64,000 nt of DNA, taken from contig OZ241986.1 in the NCBI GenBank assembly GCA_965204375.1, positions 4,320,001-4,384,000 on the forward strand, given 5' to 3'. Each line of letters opens with the position of its first letter. Positions within the stretch are counted from its first letter, which is position 1. Shown in pieces: positions 49,387-58,422 of this stretch. The DNA comes from Candidatus Latescibacterota bacterium. GTDB taxonomy: Bacteria; Latescibacterota; UBA2968. The notes beneath the pieces were generated by a model. The model saw only the letters and a list, made by a program, of their open reading frames with translations. It did no database searches and was not told the DNA's origin. The translations under genes and the position numbers were made by a program.

Positions 49387-50475
49387 ATGTTCATAATTCA
49401 CGAAATAGACGACAACATCCGCAGCGCTTATGGCATGACAGTCGCCGACGTCACAGACAACGGACACCTGGACATCGTAGCCGGTTCTATGGGAACCTCA
49501 ATGATCGCCCTGTACGAAGGACCCCATTTTGAAAAACAAATCATATCAGAAGCGCACCCCGGCACCATCTCACTATCGGTATTCGACATCACGGGCAACG
49601 GTCGCAAAGACGTGATTGCGGCCAGCGGATTTGGGCGAAGACAGCGGATCCCACCGGAGTATCTCCACTGGTTTCAAACACCTGAACACGGCGACATCTG
49701 GACACAGCACTTCATCGACTGGGTACCCTATTTACACCGCATAGCAATGGTAGAAGTCAACAATCAACCCCTGCTATTTGTCGCAACACTACAAGGACCG
49801 GGAAGCCATATCAACGACTTTGATGCGCCGGGTGAATTGTGGTGTTATCGCATACCGCAAGACCCGGTAAATGAACCGTGGGAAAAGCGATTAATCGACC
49901 GGCAATTGAGACTCAATCACGGCCTGAGCGTATGCGACGTAGATGGCGATGGCCGCATGGACTTATTGCTCGGCACGCGCGACGGCCTGATCTGGTTTGA
50001 GCCGCCCAATGGGGATGGATTCGCGGAAAAATGGAACCGATGGACCATAAGTCCCCGCGAAAGCAGCGAAACCTTTGCCGTAGATATGGATGGCGATGGC
50101 ATCAATGAAATACTCTCCATCGAACCCTGGCACGGCAATGAACTCGCCTGGTACAAAGCCACCGGCGACATCCGAACAGGCGCGTGGGAACGGCACCTGA
50201 TCAGCGACAAACTCAACCGCGGACATTCCCTGTGGTGTGGCGACATAGACAGCGACAACGCACTGGAAGTCGTCGCCGGATACAACGGACCCGGCACAGC
50301 CCTCCACATCTATCGCCCACAGAACTTAGAAACGGACACATGGAGCATTGAACAAATCGACAACGGCATAGGCATGGGGCAAATGGCAGTCGTAGATCTC
50401 ACCGGCAATGGCAAATTGGACATCGCCGCAAGCGGTATGTCAACGGGCAATGTGCGGTGGTATGAACAGATTTAA
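49387..50475 (+). CDS. FG-GAP/VCBS repeat beta-propeller protein
   Basis: Repeated D.xGDG..D motifs; HG..L.WY. Confidence 0.8.
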   Translation: MFIIHEIDDNIRSAYGMTVADVTDNGHLDIVAGSMGTSMIALYEGPHFEKQIISEAHPGTISLSVFDITGNGRKDVIAASGFGRRQRIPPEYLHWFQTPEHGDIWTQHFIDWVPYLHRIAMVEVNNQPLLFVATLQGPGSHINDFDAPGELWCYRIPQDPVNEPWEKRLIDRQLRLNHGLSVCDVDGDGRMDLLLGTRDGLIWFEPPNGDGFAEKWNRWTISPRESSETFAVDMDGDGINEILSIEPWHGNELAWYKATGDIRTGAWERHLISDKLNRGHSLWCGDIDSDNALEVVAGYNGPGTALHIYRPQNLETDTWSIEQIDNGIGMGQMAVVDLTGNGKLDIAASGMSTGNVRWYEQI

Positions 50476-50515
50476 ACCCCACCCATTACAACACTCAACT
50501 CACAAAGGAGAAAAT

Positions 50516-50836
50516 ATGTTTTTCGAATTACGTCAATATCGCACCCAACCGGGCAAACGAGAAGAATGGGTTGCATTTATGGAGAGTGAAATCATCCCAT
50601 TTCAAATATCAAAAGGCATGGTCGTTATCGGCAGCTTTGTCGGCGAAGAGGAAGACGACCTCTATGTGTGGATTCGCCGATTTGAGAGCGAGGAACAAAG
50701 AGAACAACTCTACAAAGCCGTCTATGAAGACCCGTATTGGACCGATACACTGAGCGATCAAGTGGGTGCATTGATCGACCGGGAGCGCATCGTCGTAACG
50801 CGCCTCAACGCAACGCCGAGATCTGTGATCCAATAG
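50516..50836 (+). CDS. NIPSNAP-family protein
   Basis: FFELRQY...PG...YVW.RRF; AAGGAG RBS. Confidence 0.88.
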   Translation: MFFELRQYRTQPGKREEWVAFMESEIIPFQISKGMVVIGSFVGEEEDDLYVWIRRFESEEQREQLYKAVYEDPYWTDTLSDQVGALIDRERIVVTRLNATPRSVIQ

Positions 50837-51400
50837 ATGGACAACTTTGCCCGTCACAATATTCACCTGAAAACGGAACGCTTGAGGCTTCGGCCATTTG
50901 AAGAAACTGATTTTGATCTCGCGGTACCTTTTTATCGAGATCCAGATTTCCTGAATGCAATGGAAGGGGACCCACCAGACGAACCCGTGACAGGTGACTA
51001 TCTCAGACGCGCAGGCAAACACATGGCAAAACAGGGATTCCTATTTGCAATTGAGGAAAAAGCGAGCGGACGAACCATTGGCGAAGCGTGTTTGCAGTGG
51101 ATGAATTTGGAACGGGCAAAAATCGAGGGTGAGAAGGTCATGCGCTTGCCCATTGGGATATGGGACAAAACCCTCTGGGGCAAAGGCTATGGAAAAGAAG
51201 TGGTGCGACGCCTGATGGCGTACGCATTTGAGGAATTGGAAATCGACCGATTCTGCGCGATGGATGTGCGTACAGACAATGAGCGTTCAAAAGCCTTGTG
51301 GCGATCATGTGGATTGACCATCTCAAGAGAAATGGACAACGGAAAGATACTGGACTTTGAGATCACGCGATCAGAATACAGGAGATTAAGTCTTGGCTAA
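50837..51400 (+). CDS. RimJ/RimL-type GNAT acetyltransferase
   Basis: TERLRLRPF, WGKGYG.E, N.RS..L...G. Confidence 0.85.
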   Translation: MDNFARHNIHLKTERLRLRPFEETDFDLAVPFYRDPDFLNAMEGDPPDEPVTGDYLRRAGKHMAKQGFLFAIEEKASGRTIGEACLQWMNLERAKIEGEKVMRLPIGIWDKTLWGKGYGKEVVRRLMAYAFEELEIDRFCAMDVRTDNERSKALWRSCGLTISREMDNGKILDFEITRSEYRRLSLG

Positions 51401-51401
51401 T

Positions 51402-51683
51402 ATGGAAAAGGAATTGACGATCAAGTTGCCTGAGTCACTCGTCGAAATACTCGGTGGTGCTCAAAAAGCAACAAAAGAGGCCACTCGGGCAACCGTTTTA
51501 GATTTGGTGCGTACAGGAAAAATCAGTGTGGGAAAGGGTGCAGAGTTGCTTAACCTGTCCCGGCATGACTTTTTAGATCTCATGAATGATCATCATGTGC
51601 CTGCGATTGATTACTCTCCCGAAAATTTCGAATATGAGCTTCGTGGACTGCGCGAAAAATTTGGAAAGACGTCTTCGTCATGA
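51402..51683 (+). CDS. UPF0175-family antitoxin
   Basis: GKISVGKGAELL.LSR.DF; ATGA overlap with the PIN gene. Confidence 0.85.
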   Translation: MEKELTIKLPESLVEILGGAQKATKEATRATVLDLVRTGKISVGKGAELLNLSRHDFLDLMNDHHVPAIDYSPENFEYELRGLREKFGKTSSS

Positions 51684-52165
51684 TCGCAGTTGTAGATGCC
51701 AATATTCTTATTCTTTTTGCGCGTGCCAACTTTTTTCATTTATTAACAGAAGTTTTTGATTCTATTCTGATTACGTCAGATATTTATGAAGAAGTGGTCC
51801 TAAAAAGTGCTGGTCGTCCAGGTGCTGATGAAGTTCAGAAGGCTCAAAATATCGTACAGCAATCCCTCAAGCAACCAGAATGGTTGACAGAGCTAACCGG
51901 GTATAATATTGATTCTGCCGACGCGTCAATTGTTCAACTGGCATCCGAATGCCAGCCGGATTTTTTACTGAGCGATGATCGACGAGTGAGAGAAATTGCT
52001 CAACGTCTTGACATACCAATTATGGGCAGTGGAGGCTTGCTGATTGCGGCAAAGAGTCGGGGATTGATTCCTGAAGTTACATCTCGGCTCAATCAATTGA
52101 GATTACACGGGGCGAGGATAAGTGAGAGGACTTATAGCGATATTCTGAGAGCTGCTGGCGAATAA
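51680..52165 (+). CDS. PIN-domain toxin (DUF3368-like)
   Basis: VVDANILI, YEE, LSDD...R, GS.GLL..AK..GLI. Confidence 0.85.
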   Translation: MIAVVDANILILFARANFFHLLTEVFDSILITSDIYEEVVLKSAGRPGADEVQKAQNIVQQSLKQPEWLTELTGYNIDSADASIVQLASECQPDFLLSDDRRVREIAQRLDIPIMGSGGLLIAAKSRGLIPEVTSRLNQLRLHGARISERTYSDILRAAGE

Positions 52166-52201
52166 GTCGTTTGAGTTTGCGATTTTCCCTTGGCGTTTTA
52201 C

Positions 52202-53983
52202 CTACCAAAAACTGACAAACCCCGTGAGTTCAAGACGGCGTTTCACGCGCTGGAGTTTATGTGTTGTGCGGGGATAGGTGGAATCACAAAAAGCGATCAG
52301 CGCGTCCAGCAAACCGGCGAGTTCATCTCCCGCGCCGGACAGGCGTGGGAGAATTTTTTGTAAAATCTGATAATCAAAAGCATCTCGGGGTGTAAACGCC
52401 GGCGCATTTGATGGAAGCCCCTCAATCAAATCGAGCGCATACGCCATATAAATGAGAACCTCATCGCGAATGCGATAGCCAAAATGCAAATCCGCCTCCG
52501 CGAGCACCGCGTTAATCTCCTCCAACGGCTCATTCCACGCAACAACCTCATCGCGGTGGCGGACATCCTCCAACTGGCGATAGGGCCGATCAATCAGCGC
52601 AGCACCCAGCGCGCGCAGAGCCGTCGAATCAATCTGCACCTCGGGATCATAATCCGACAACCCCAGATCAACGCGATCAAAAGCAACCGTATTCGCCCTA
52701 TCCAGCACCTTGGGACTAAACGCATAAGTCGTCTCATCCATATTGACCGTACCTGCCACAAACAAATTGGGTGGAATGGGCAAACGCGAAGGCACATCTC
52801 CCATCTCATCCGTTGACACCACATCCCCACCCTGCGCCAATTCAATCGGATCTGTCGTCCACGCCCCATCGGGCGTGCGCCTCGCCGTCTCCATAACACT
52901 CAAAAAATCGGCAAAATAGTGTTCTACGCGAGCGAGATTCATCTCGTCCAAACACACAAAATAGGGACGGTCCGGATCGCCCTGTGCCTCGCACATCGCC
53001 TGAAGCAACGCACCCGGGCGAAACACCCCCGTGAGCAAATTTTCAAACCCGAGCAAATCGCGCACATCGTTCCAATCCGGGCGCACGGGAATCAGGCGAT
53101 ACCCTCTCGCTCGCCCCTCATCGAGACCATTGATCGCCTCGGCCAAAAGCCGAATCACCGTACTCTTCCCAGTCCCGGATATCCCCGCCAGAATAAGAAA
53201 AGGTTTGGTCTTCAAACACAGATAGAGATTGAACAACATCCCCGCTTCAATATGGAAATTCTTCAGCGCCGTAAACCTGTAAAGATCGCACAACAGCTCT
53301 GCCTCCACAGGCACGAGCGCATCTCGCACAACACCGGCTTCTGCGGGATCGGGCATATTATATACAATGCTGCTTTTAGAGGTCTGGTATCTCGCTCTTG
53401 TAAACACCGCATACAGCGCGTAGAGATCCCCCAGCACCGTCTTAATATCCTCAACAAGAGTCGGCACCGCAGCTTCATCCGGCATAAGAATCGAACCGAC
53501 AAACAGCGAGCGATCAACCCCGTCAAGCCTGGATGGCGACCACGGCACGGAACGACCTGGTGACGCCACAATAATATCACCCGCCAAACAGCGATACCCT
53601 TTGCGCGGCACCACACCGCGAAACTTCTTGCGATCCGCAATCGCCTTTTGCATCGCCTCGGATGTCCACCAGCCAGAGTAAAAGCCAATAGCGACGGCAT
53701 TGTGGTGCAAATAAATACCCAATTGAGGCAACCGGGGAAACGCGCTCTTCTTCAGCTTGCGATCCACAAAATAAAGACACGCGTGATCCCGAGGCCGATC
53801 GGGATTGGAGCGAAAATTAGTCGTCGCGTAAACAGGTGAAATAACAGCCGTGAGGTCTGGATGCTGTTTCGTCAGGACGGGTTCGATCTCATCGCGCAGG
53901 ACTTGCATACGCCCATGCAGATGCTCAGCACCGATGCGCGTGCCATTACAGGCGAGAAAATCGTTGGGAGAGAAAGAGAACAT
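52202..53983 (-). CDS. McrB-like AAA+ GTPase with unrecognised N-terminal domain
   Basis: GISGTGKS, VRPDW, LDEMNLARVEHYF, GTVNMDETT..FSPKVLDRAN, QKILPR. Confidence 0.88.
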   Translation of the reverse strand: MFSFSPNDFLACNGTRIGAEHLHGRMQVLRDEIEPVLTKQHPDLTAVISPVYATTNFRSNPDRPRDHACLYFVDRKLKKSAFPRLPQLGIYLHHNAVAIGFYSGWWTSEAMQKAIADRKKFRGVVPRKGYRCLAGDIIVASPGRSVPWSPSRLDGVDRSLFVGSILMPDEAAVPTLVEDIKTVLGDLYALYAVFTRARYQTSKSSIVYNMPDPAEAGVVRDALVPVEAELLCDLYRFTALKNFHIEAGMLFNLYLCLKTKPFLILAGISGTGKSTVIRLLAEAINGLDEGRARGYRLIPVRPDWNDVRDLLGFENLLTGVFRPGALLQAMCEAQGDPDRPYFVCLDEMNLARVEHYFADFLSVMETARRTPDGAWTTDPIELAQGGDVVSTDEMGDVPSRLPIPPNLFVAGTVNMDETTYAFSPKVLDRANTVAFDRVDLGLSDYDPEVQIDSTALRALGAALIDRPYRQLEDVRHRDEVVAWNEPLEEINAVLAEADLHFGYRIRDEVLIYMAYALDLIEGLPSNAPAFTPRDAFDYQILQKILPRLSGAGDELAGLLDALIAFCDSTYPRTTHKLQRVKRRLELTGFVSFW

Positions 53984-54117
53984 AAACGTTGTCAATAGCC
54001 ATTAATCAAAAGTTGCGCCTGAGCACACCCAATTTATTTTGCAATAGAAAAATCGGGTCGCCTTTCTCGGCGTGTACCAATGTTAATTTCATAACCCAAT
54101 GTAGTAAGAATCTTAAA

Positions 54118-55155
54118 TTGTATTCCGATGTGGTGGACACCATGCGACAAGAGGTGGGATGGGCTTTTCAGTCGTTCTTTCAAAAGCACAAGCACGACAA
54201 GAAGGCACGGCCTCCAGGGTTCAGGAAGAAGACGCGACTCTCTCCGCTGCGCTATTCCCACCCCAACAATGGATCCATCAAGGTAATTCACAAGTGCGGA
54301 ATGACATATCTTCGCATTTCCCTTGGCACCACCCGAAAGGACGGTGTGCGCCGCCTCGTCTTTCGTCTCCACACTCGCCCAGATGTTGACCTTTCCCAGT
54401 TGAAGAACGTCCAGATCATCTACGATACGCACACACGGGTTTTCCAAGCCCGTCTGGTGGTCGAAATGGATGTTCCTGATAAGCCGGGAGAGGCCACCGT
54501 TGGTGTAGATATAGGCGAAGACTGGCTCATCGCCGCAGATTTCTGTGACGACACGCGGTATCTGGTTTGTGGACGGATGCTCAAGGCCACACGCCGATAC
54601 TGGCAGAAGGTCAGAGCAAAGGTCAAACCGCCCAGCCAGGACCATCCTGTGATGTCGAGACGCTATCGCCAGATTGCCCGAAAAGAAGCCCGACAAATCA
54701 CACATGCCCTCCATATCGCCAGCAGACGGTTTGTAGATGTGTGTGCCGATAAGGGTGTAGGACTTATCATTTTGGGAAACCTCACCGGCATCCGATCTGG
54801 CATCGCCTATGGCAAAAGGATGAATCAACGTCTGCACGCCTGGCCATATAATAGGCTCAGGACGATGATTGAATACAAGGCCGCACTGCTTGGCATAAAG
54901 GTCAAAGTCGTCTCGGAAAAATATACTTCGCAGACTTGCCCGCAATGTAATATAAGAAAGAAATCCAATCGCAAACATCGTGGTTGGTACTCCTGCCTAT
55001 GTGGCTTTGAAGGTCAAGCGGACCTGGTAGGTGCTTTCAATATCCACCGGCAGGTATCTGGGGTTCCCAGTAGTGGGCGTTCGGCGCGCCCCGTGGTCTT
55101 GGTGTTTGATCACCATACGGTCCACGAAGCTGCAAGTTCTCGGGAGGCCGCCTGA
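54118..55155 (+). pseudogene. tnpB: 5'-truncated TnpB (IS605/IS1341 group)
   Basis: PPGFRK, GVDIG (RuvC-I), ILGNL (RuvC-II without acid), IEYKA...E.YTSQ.CP.C, C.CG...ADLVGAFNI (RuvC-III); the N-terminus appears missing. Confidence 0.85.
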
Positions 55156-55170
55156 TAAAGGATGACCCCC

Positions 55171-55205
55171 GGAATCCTTTGACTTCAGTCGAGGGAGCAC
55201 GTCGA
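55171..55205 (+). mobile_element. IS200/IS605-type right end hairpin (3' end of the omegaRNA scaffold)
   Basis: GAATCCTTTGAC-TTCA-GTCGAGGGAGCACGTCGA matches the usual right-end architecture. Confidence 0.7.
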
Positions 55206-55849
55206 TAATCCGTCTTAAAATTACTCGCCTATCCTTATTAGGATTCTCAAAATATAACCTCCAGATTATATTTATCAAGTCAAAGTTTGGATTGCTTCCT
55301 GATGTTACACAGATTTTTGGAAGCATGGAAGAGATTTTTGACTCTTGTATAAAAAAACCCCATTTAATATCCCTATAAGTTTAACTTGATTTCAAAAAAA
55401 ATTAAATTATATTGGAAATTTATTACTATTGTAGTCATTGCGACGACTGGCAATTGATGGTGAAGAATATTTAAGACTGCAAGGAAGCAATGCTTTAAGC
55501 GCAGAGAACGATGCTGTTCTTTGCGCTTTATATTTCATAACAACATACTGTGTAAAAAAGTTATTTACCCCCTATAGTGTATCCCGCAAACTGTGTTTTT
55601 TTGACTCTGGTCTATGAATCCACAGGGACGGGAGAGAATTTTTTTTTCTGAGCGAGTGGGAATTATCTTGACACTGCTACTTTGTTTACATTCTTTAACA
55701 TAAGAAATACTACATTCATAAATAAGAAAAAGGGAAATATTCTCACCTTTTTCATGACGGGGATGGTGCATCTTGTAGCATTCCGTCGGTAACCGTTGCG
55801 GCTGCGTAATAGCGCAAACCGTGACACAACCACATTCTGGGAGGTAGAA

Positions 55850-56176
55850 ATGGCAAGCAGAACTATTATTGTCCTGGTCATTATCCTCGCGATTGTGCAG
55901 GCCCTGGCGCCCGACGCAATCCCTGGGGGACTTGTGCCACTCGCACTGGTGATACTGGGACTACTCTACGCGATAGTGGCGATCGACGCTGAGGACTCGA
56001 CAGCCTACCTGGTCGTTGCGATTGCAGTCGGTGCTGCTGCAGGTGCGGATGTGTTGAGCAACATCCCGGGGATAGGTGCCCACCTGGACGCCATCGTCGA
56101 TCCGATCGCCACCGCCTTGTATGCCGGTGTCATAGCCATACTCGTGGAGAGGGGAGTAAACCGCATCAAGAGTTAA
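55850..56176 (+). CDS. 4-TM small membrane protein, paralog 1 (108 aa)
   Basis: GGGAGG RBS; hydrophobic helices; high similarity to paralogs 2 and 3. Confidence 0.9.
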   Translation: MASRTIIVLVIILAIVQALAPDAIPGGLVPLALVILGLLYAIVAIDAEDSTAYLVVAIAVGAAAGADVLSNIPGIGAHLDAIVDPIATALYAGVIAILVERGVNRIKS

Positions 56177-56246
56177 AGATGACTGGCGGATCAGCGACCT
56201 GTAGCCACAGGTCGTGACACACCAACCTATTCTGGGAGGAAGAAAT

Positions 56247-56573
56247 ATGGCAAGCAGGATTATTGTTAGCCTGATCGCCGCTCTGGCGATTATTCAGGGC
56301 CTGACGCCCGACGCGATCCCTGCGGGACTTGTGTCCCTCGCGCTGGTGATACTGGGTCTGGCCTACGCGGTGGTGGCGGTCACCGCTGATGACGAAACAA
56401 CCTACCTGATCGTTGCGCTTGCGGTCGGCGCTGCTGCAGGTGCGGATGCGTTGAGCGGCATCCCGCAGCTTGGTGCCCACCTGGACGCCATCGTCGATCC
56501 AATCAGCACCGCTTTGTATGCCGGCGTCATAACCATACTCGTGAAGGGGATAATGAATCACCTCAAGGGTTAA
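56247..56573 (+). CDS. 4-TM small membrane protein, paralog 2 (108 aa)
   Basis: Same leader and RBS; AVGAAAGAD, HLDAIVDPI, ALYAGVI conserved. Confidence 0.9.
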   Translation: MASRIIVSLIAALAIIQGLTPDAIPAGLVSLALVILGLAYAVVAVTADDETTYLIVALAVGAAAGADALSGIPQLGAHLDAIVDPISTALYAGVITILVKGIMNHLKG

Positions 56574-56617
56574 AACGTCTATGTCATAACACAACCAACT
56601 TATTCTGGGAGGATGAA

Positions 56618-56986
56618 ATGGTAGTCAGAATTATTGTTGCCCTGATCGTCATTCTGGCGATTATTCAGGGTTTGGCGGCCGGCGCGATTCCTGAAAATAT
56701 TGTGTCGATCGCGCTGGTGATTCTGGGCCTGGTGTACGGGGGGATGGCGCTCGACGCTGAAGATGCGACATCCTTCCTGGTCGTTGCGATTGCGGTCGGT
56801 GCTGCTGCAGGTGCGGACGTATTGAGCAACATACAGGTAATAGGCGAGAAACTGGACGCCATCGTCGATCCGATCACTATCGCTCTGTATGCCGGCGTCA
56901 TAACCGTATTCGCAAAGAGGGTATTAAATCGCGTCCTATCGTCTGATGATGGTGGCGGTGAAAGTGCTGGCGGCGGTGAAGAATAG
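56618..56986 (+). CDS. 4-TM small membrane protein, paralog 3 with acidic Gly-rich tail (122 aa)
   Basis: Same core plus SSDDGGGESAGGGEE. Confidence 0.9.
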   Translation: MVVRIIVALIVILAIIQGLAAGAIPENIVSIALVILGLVYGGMALDAEDATSFLVVAIAVGAAAGADVLSNIQVIGEKLDAIVDPITIALYAGVITVFAKRVLNRVLSSDDGGGESAGGGEE

Positions 56987-57017
56987 TTAAAAGTTGCACA
57001 GAATTTTGTTATATTAC

Positions 57018-57051
57018 AAAGCGCAGAGAGCAATGCCGTTCTCTGCGCTTT
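57018..57051 (+). terminator. Hairpin after the paralog triplet
   Basis: AAAGCGCAGAGAGC-AATGCC-GTTCTCTGCGCTTT; a near-identical copy lies at 55497-55528. Confidence 0.7.
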
Positions 57052-57069
57052 CTTCATACAGGAGATTTT

Positions 57070-57603
57070 ATGGGTATAGATAATCTGCGGTCGGCAATGC
57101 CCGACTATGCGCGGGACATTCGGTTGAACCTGGGATCGGTCATATCTGCGTCGAGCCTCGACCCGGCAATGGCCTGGGGATCGGCACTCACCGCAGCACT
57201 GGTATCCAAAAATGAACAGGTGATTCAGAACATCATCGAAGACGCACAGGCCGTTATGGACGAGCAACACATAAAAGCCGTGAAATCCGCCGCTGCCATG
57301 ATGAGCATGACCAATGTATGGTATAAATTCACCGACCTCATTCGAGATAACGACGTGAAGAAACAGCCGCCCAAATTGCGAATGAATGCCGTGTTGACCC
57401 ACGGCGGTGTCGATCGCGCATTGTTCGAAGCGTGGAGCCTCTCGGCGAGTGTGGTAAACGCATGTGGTATCTGCGTCAACGCACACGCATCGCAATTGAA
57501 CAAACTGGGCATTGACGCACAACAAATCGCAGACATCGCCCGCATCGCCACCGTAATAAAATCAGTGGCCGATACACTGTCCTTCGAAGCGCTATCCAGT
57601 TGA
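57070..57603 (+). CDS. ahpD: Alkylhydroperoxidase AhpD-like (CMD family)
   Basis: PDYARDIRLNL, AAAMM.MTNVWY, LRMN, FEAWSL..S..N.CGICVNAH. Confidence 0.88.
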   Translation: MGIDNLRSAMPDYARDIRLNLGSVISASSLDPAMAWGSALTAALVSKNEQVIQNIIEDAQAVMDEQHIKAVKSAAAMMSMTNVWYKFTDLIRDNDVKKQPPKLRMNAVLTHGGVDRALFEAWSLSASVVNACGICVNAHASQLNKLGIDAQQIADIARIATVIKSVADTLSFEALSS

Positions 57604-57709
57604 CAGTACAACGCTTCGCATTTCTCGAAAGGAGGTCACAGGGATTGATGCTATTGCATTTGAAAAATCTCTTTAACACATTAATACATCGTCGAGAAAG
57701 GAGTTTTGG

Positions 57710-58408
57710 TTGAAAAAATTACTCTTGATTTTATGCGTTGCGGCCCTGTTGCCAAACGCGCAGGCAACCGCAGGAGAAGGAGCTTTCGGCGCTGGCGGCT
57801 TTTTTGACTTCTACATTCCCCTCTTCAACTTCAAAGACATGTACGACAGCGGTACCAAATTTGGAGGCACAGCGCACTATATCTATCACAAGCGCAAGAT
57901 GGTCGAGGTGGAATTTCACCACGCCCGCTTCAACGACGGCAGCCTTGAAACGCGCACCTTTAGCTTCAGCGACGGCAAAGAATACACCAGTCCACAGGCC
58001 GAAGCCAACATGACCATCAACAGCATCCATGCCAACTGGCTATTTGCAATACAAGAAAAAGGATTCGGACAGGGCACAACGACCTATCTCACATTTGGCG
58101 CGGGCCTGCACGATTACGCCAGCAAAGTCAGCGGTCTGATCTTTGCCGGTCAAACGCCTTCGGGTGCCGGCGCGCCTCCCGATCCAAACATCCTCCTGGA
58201 ACCCATCAACGACACGCGTACATCTTTCAGTGCCAGCTTTGGCGGCGGGATTCAAATCGGCCTGGGAGACAAAGCCGCGTTAGATGTGCGCGCGCGCTAC
58301 AATATCGTGATGGGAGAATTGCGTCCCTTTCTCATTTGGGGCATAGAAAAAACATATCCCTTTAACCTCATCGATATCGGTGCCGGTATCAAATTCAACC
58401 TCAATTAA
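57710..58408 (+). CDS. Outer-membrane beta-barrel protein
   Basis: Signal peptide; YLTFGAG, FGGG, LDVRARY, terminal GIKFNL strand. Confidence 0.75.
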   Translation: MKKLLLILCVAALLPNAQATAGEGAFGAGGFFDFYIPLFNFKDMYDSGTKFGGTAHYIYHKRKMVEVEFHHARFNDGSLETRTFSFSDGKEYTSPQAEANMTINSIHANWLFAIQEKGFGQGTTTYLTFGAGLHDYASKVSGLIFAGQTPSGAGAPPDPNILLEPINDTRTSFSASFGGGIQIGLGDKAALDVRARYNIVMGELRPFLIWGIEKTYPFNLIDIGAGIKFNLN

Positions 58409-58422
58409 AAGGAGACCCGCGA

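Noticed and set aside
53989-54117. N-terminus of a full-length TnpB
   Set aside because: AT-rich, no TnpB-like residues or RBS; probably the mcrB promoter region read in frame by chance.
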